Assembly (NCBI GenBank): GCA_051117555.1
Contig: JBNPEG010000064.1
Span: 1-15,459 of the forward strand
Direction of reading: 5' to 3'
DNA from: Elainellaceae cyanobacterium
GTDB lineage: Bacteria > Cyanobacteriota > Cyanobacteriia > CAZCXK01
DNA: 15,459 nucleotides
Each line of letters begins with the position of its first letter. Position 1 is the first letter of the stretch. This document shows positions 15,381 to 15,459 of the stretch, piece by piece. The translations under genes were made by a program, and so were the position numbers. The notes beneath the pieces are model-generated. The model had not been told where the DNA came from. It was given only the letters and a program-made list of their open reading frames with translations, and made no database searches.

Positions 15381-15459
15381 CAGGACTTACGCAAATTCCC
15401 CTCCTTGAACTAGGTTTAGCGTAGTGGCGTGGCACAGCTAATTTGGTGGATTAAAGTAG
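15381..15459. mobile_element. Probable left end of a second MITE/IS (CAGGACTTACGCA), cut by the window edge
   Basis: CAGGACTTACGCA (15381-15393) matches, from memory, an abundant terminal repeat of cyanobacterial MITE/IS elements. The partner end is not visible. Confidence 0.45.

Overview
Cyanobacterial chromosomal window: about 23 copies of the HIP1 octamer GCGATCGC, and GC near 50% by eye, which suggests a non-heterocystous filamentous lineage (inference). Gene order: a small ORF; a complete CUT1 sugar ABC importer operon (binding protein, two permeases, ATPase); a REP-rich spacer; a two-component cluster (NarL/LuxR regulator divergent from a PAS-PAS histidine kinase and a REC-histidine kinase hybrid); a coiled-coil hypothetical protein; a secreted DUF732-like protein; a 59-aa membrane micro-ORF missed by the ORF track; and an osmoprotectant (OsmU/OpuC-type) ABC importer with one permease on the opposite strand. 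The most notable signals are non-coding. (1) A single NsiR1-like small RNA gene on the minus strand (about 11613-11665) has a DIF1-type TCCGGA box near -35 and a UUCG-loop terminator, outside the usual hetF-linked tandem array. (2) A 157-bp MITE has 17-bp terminal inverted repeats, a perfect 9-bp target-site duplication and a highly palindromic core.
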